Shown piece by piece: positions 61,801 through 64,000 of a stretch of DNA of 64,000 nucleotides. The notes beneath the pieces were generated by a model. It worked only from the letters and a program-made list of their open reading frames with translations, had not been told where the DNA came from and did not search any database. The translations under genes and the position numbers were made by a program. Origin of the DNA: the human T2T-CHM13v2.0 reference genome, Homo sapiens; NCBI RefSeq assembly GCF_009914755.1, contig NC_060926.1; one strand, given 5' to 3'. Numbering within the stretch: the stretch's first letter is position 1; every line of letters starts with the position of its first letter.

Positions 61801-61834
<34 letters not shown>
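61602..61834. repeat. Compound (RY)n minisatellite with 40-bp units and inverted arms
   Basis: Uninterrupted purine/pyrimidine alternation; acatatacgtatatatacgtgtatatatacgtatatata(c/t) x3 at 61681-61800; (CA)n end. Confidence 0.95.
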
Positions 61835-62879
61835 CCCATTTTGTTTAGACTACCCAGTATTTTACTGTATCTTGAATTTGAATGCTTTAAGGCTAGTGCA
61901 TAATCTCTTCCGTTAGGTCTAGGCCCCATGTTTTCCTATTGGTTTAAAGTTGCCCCATTTACACACTTATTTTTTATTTATTTATTGATTTTGATTACTT
62001 TGGTTCTTGTAGAGAATTGAGTTTGTATTTTTTATACTATATTTTCTGCTGTGAGTGTCTTCCTTTTTTTCCTTCAGTTTCTCTCTCCTTCCGTTCTGTG
62101 TGGAATCTCTTCTGCTTGTCACTGCTGTTCTGTTTGCACACCACCACCCTTTTCCAAGACCCAGTGTGTACCGACTTTCTCCTCTGAGCAAGTGCATTTC
62201 ATTTGTACCTGGAGTACACATTGCATTTTCTCACAGCCAGGCCCTTCTTGGATTTCCCTTATCTGGAGCTGAGGTTTCTCTCTCAGGGTTTATGTCTGCG
62301 AGAACCGTTTCACACTGACAGGGTGTTGTTGCCACTGTGAGATTTCCTTTCACAGAAACTAGAAGGCTAATTTACCTAGCAAGCGTGTCTTTAACATACA
62401 GGTATTTATTTATCTGGCTCAAACAATTAGAACTAGAATATTGGAAACAAGGTTGTTCTTAGGAAGATTTTACTCAAAGCCACCAGAGCACACATGTGAA
62501 GTGCTTATCATTGAACGTAGTTGTTGCTAGCTTTTTCATTTTAAAATTGTTTTATCTTTGTATTAGGGCACAGGATGGTAGAGATAGTATGGTTGGGTGT
62601 TTCTAGTGAAAATTATGGTAATTTGCTAGGATTTACAACTAGGAAGGGAATTATTTAGAATTTTAGTTAGTGAAATGATAATATAGTAATAGCATCAGAA
62701 TTTTGGAATGTGCCTCATGATTTCACTATGCTCTTTTAATTTTTACATAGTTCCTTCTGGTAGTTGTCTACAAGTGTATGTATTTTGTGTAGATATTCTT
62801 ACTATGTGTTTTTGTTCTTGTATTCTGTTTCTCATTTAACATAACTAGTAATAACAACCATTTATTGAGTGAACATATA

Positions 62880-64000
62880 TTTTAAAAGTCCTAACAAAAT
62901 TTTAGCAAGTCAAATCCAATAATATATAAAAAGTATAATACATTATGATTGGGGTTACCTTGGGAATGCAAGATTGGTTTAACGTTAAAAAATTAATGAA
63001 CGTATTTTACCATGTTAACAGACTAAAAAGGAAAAAAATATGAACATCTCAATAAATGCAGAAAAAGCATTTGATAAAAATTCAGCAAATTAGAAATAGA
63101 GATAAGAATTCTCAGCAAATTAGAAAAAAGAGGGCTTCCTTAACCTGATAAATGGAGCATATTTATGAAAAACCTACGGTTTAACATTATACTTAATGAC
63201 GAAAGACTAAATGCATTCCCTCCATAAACACAGACAAGGGAAGTATATCTCTTCTTACCACTTTTCTTCCACATTATACTGGAGGTTCTAATCTGTATGA
63301 TGAAGTAAAAAAAAAAGAAATAAAAGGCATCCAGATTGGCAAGGAAGAAGTAACTTTTTATTTGCAGATGACATTGATTATCTACGGATAGATTCTACAA
63401 AAAAGCTACTAGAAGTAATATGTGAGTTGAACAAGGTAGGATAGAAGATCAATATGTAGACATGAATTGTATTTTTGTATATTGGCAATGAACATTTGGA
63501 ACTTGAAATAAAAATTAATGCCATGTATAAAAACATCGAGCACTATGAAGTACTTAGAGATAAATCTAAAAAAAGATGTTTAAGACTTGTACACTGAAAA
63601 TTATAAAGTGTTCCCGAGAGAAATTAAGATAACCTAAGCAAATGGAGAGAGATACTGTGTTTATGCAGCAGAAGACTAAATACTAAGATGTTACCTTCCC
63701 CCAAGTGTTCTGTGTGTACTATGCAATCCCAGTCAAAATCCTAGCAGGAATTTTTTGGTACTAGTTGACAAGCTGATTCTAAAATTCATATAGAAATACA
63801 GAGGACCTAGAACAGCCAAAACAACTTTGAAAAAGAAGAAAAAAGTTGTAAGACTTACACTACTTATCTTCAAGTCTTATTATAAAACTATAGTAATCAC
63901 AATAGGGTGGTATGGGTTTCAAGACAGACAAGTAGATTGATGGAACAGAATAGAAAGTCTGGAATAGATTCATTCACATATGTGATAAACAAAATGTATA
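62880..64000 (+). mobile_element. Old L1M ORF2 (reverse transcriptase region) fragment, cut by window end
   Basis: gggaatgcaagattggtttaac, aaatgcagaaaaagcatttgataaaa, tttgcagatgacattgatt (FADD motif), gacaagctgattctaaaattcata; frameshifted. Confidence 0.85.

Noticed and set aside
61472-61929. Six ORFs encoding Tyr/Ile/Thr/Val repeats
   Set aside because: An alternating RY tract cannot contain stop codons, so all frames are open trivially.

Overview
Primate, most likely human, genomic DNA dominated by interspersed repeats: about 37 Alu copies, L1/L2/MIR fragments, a 5'-deleted THE1A-type MaLR provirus, MLT1 solo LTRs and hAT-Charlie DNA-transposon fossils. One strong CpG island (~35.4-37.0 kb) holds a TATA-less GC-box/YY1 promoter and a + strand, apparently non-coding first exon with two short uORFs and tandem splice donors. 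The rest of the window looks like a long first intron (T/G-rich on the + strand, mostly antisense Alus/L1s). The gene tentatively resembles NCOA1 from memory; this is unverified, so no symbol is given. No protein-coding exon is supported: the longer ORFs come from Alu, L1, THE1, GC-rich or microsatellite sequence, and none of the rest is recognisable. I found no convincing new biological system. The most notable structures are a 233-bp alternating purine/pyrimidine tract with perfect 59-bp inverted arms, a ~145-bp local duplication attached to the 5' end of a truncated L1, a bulged 63-nt hairpin, a reshuffled 27-bp repeat, and several retrotransposition/repair scars. Repeat subfamily names come from visual recall of consensus sequences, and repeat boundaries are approximate.
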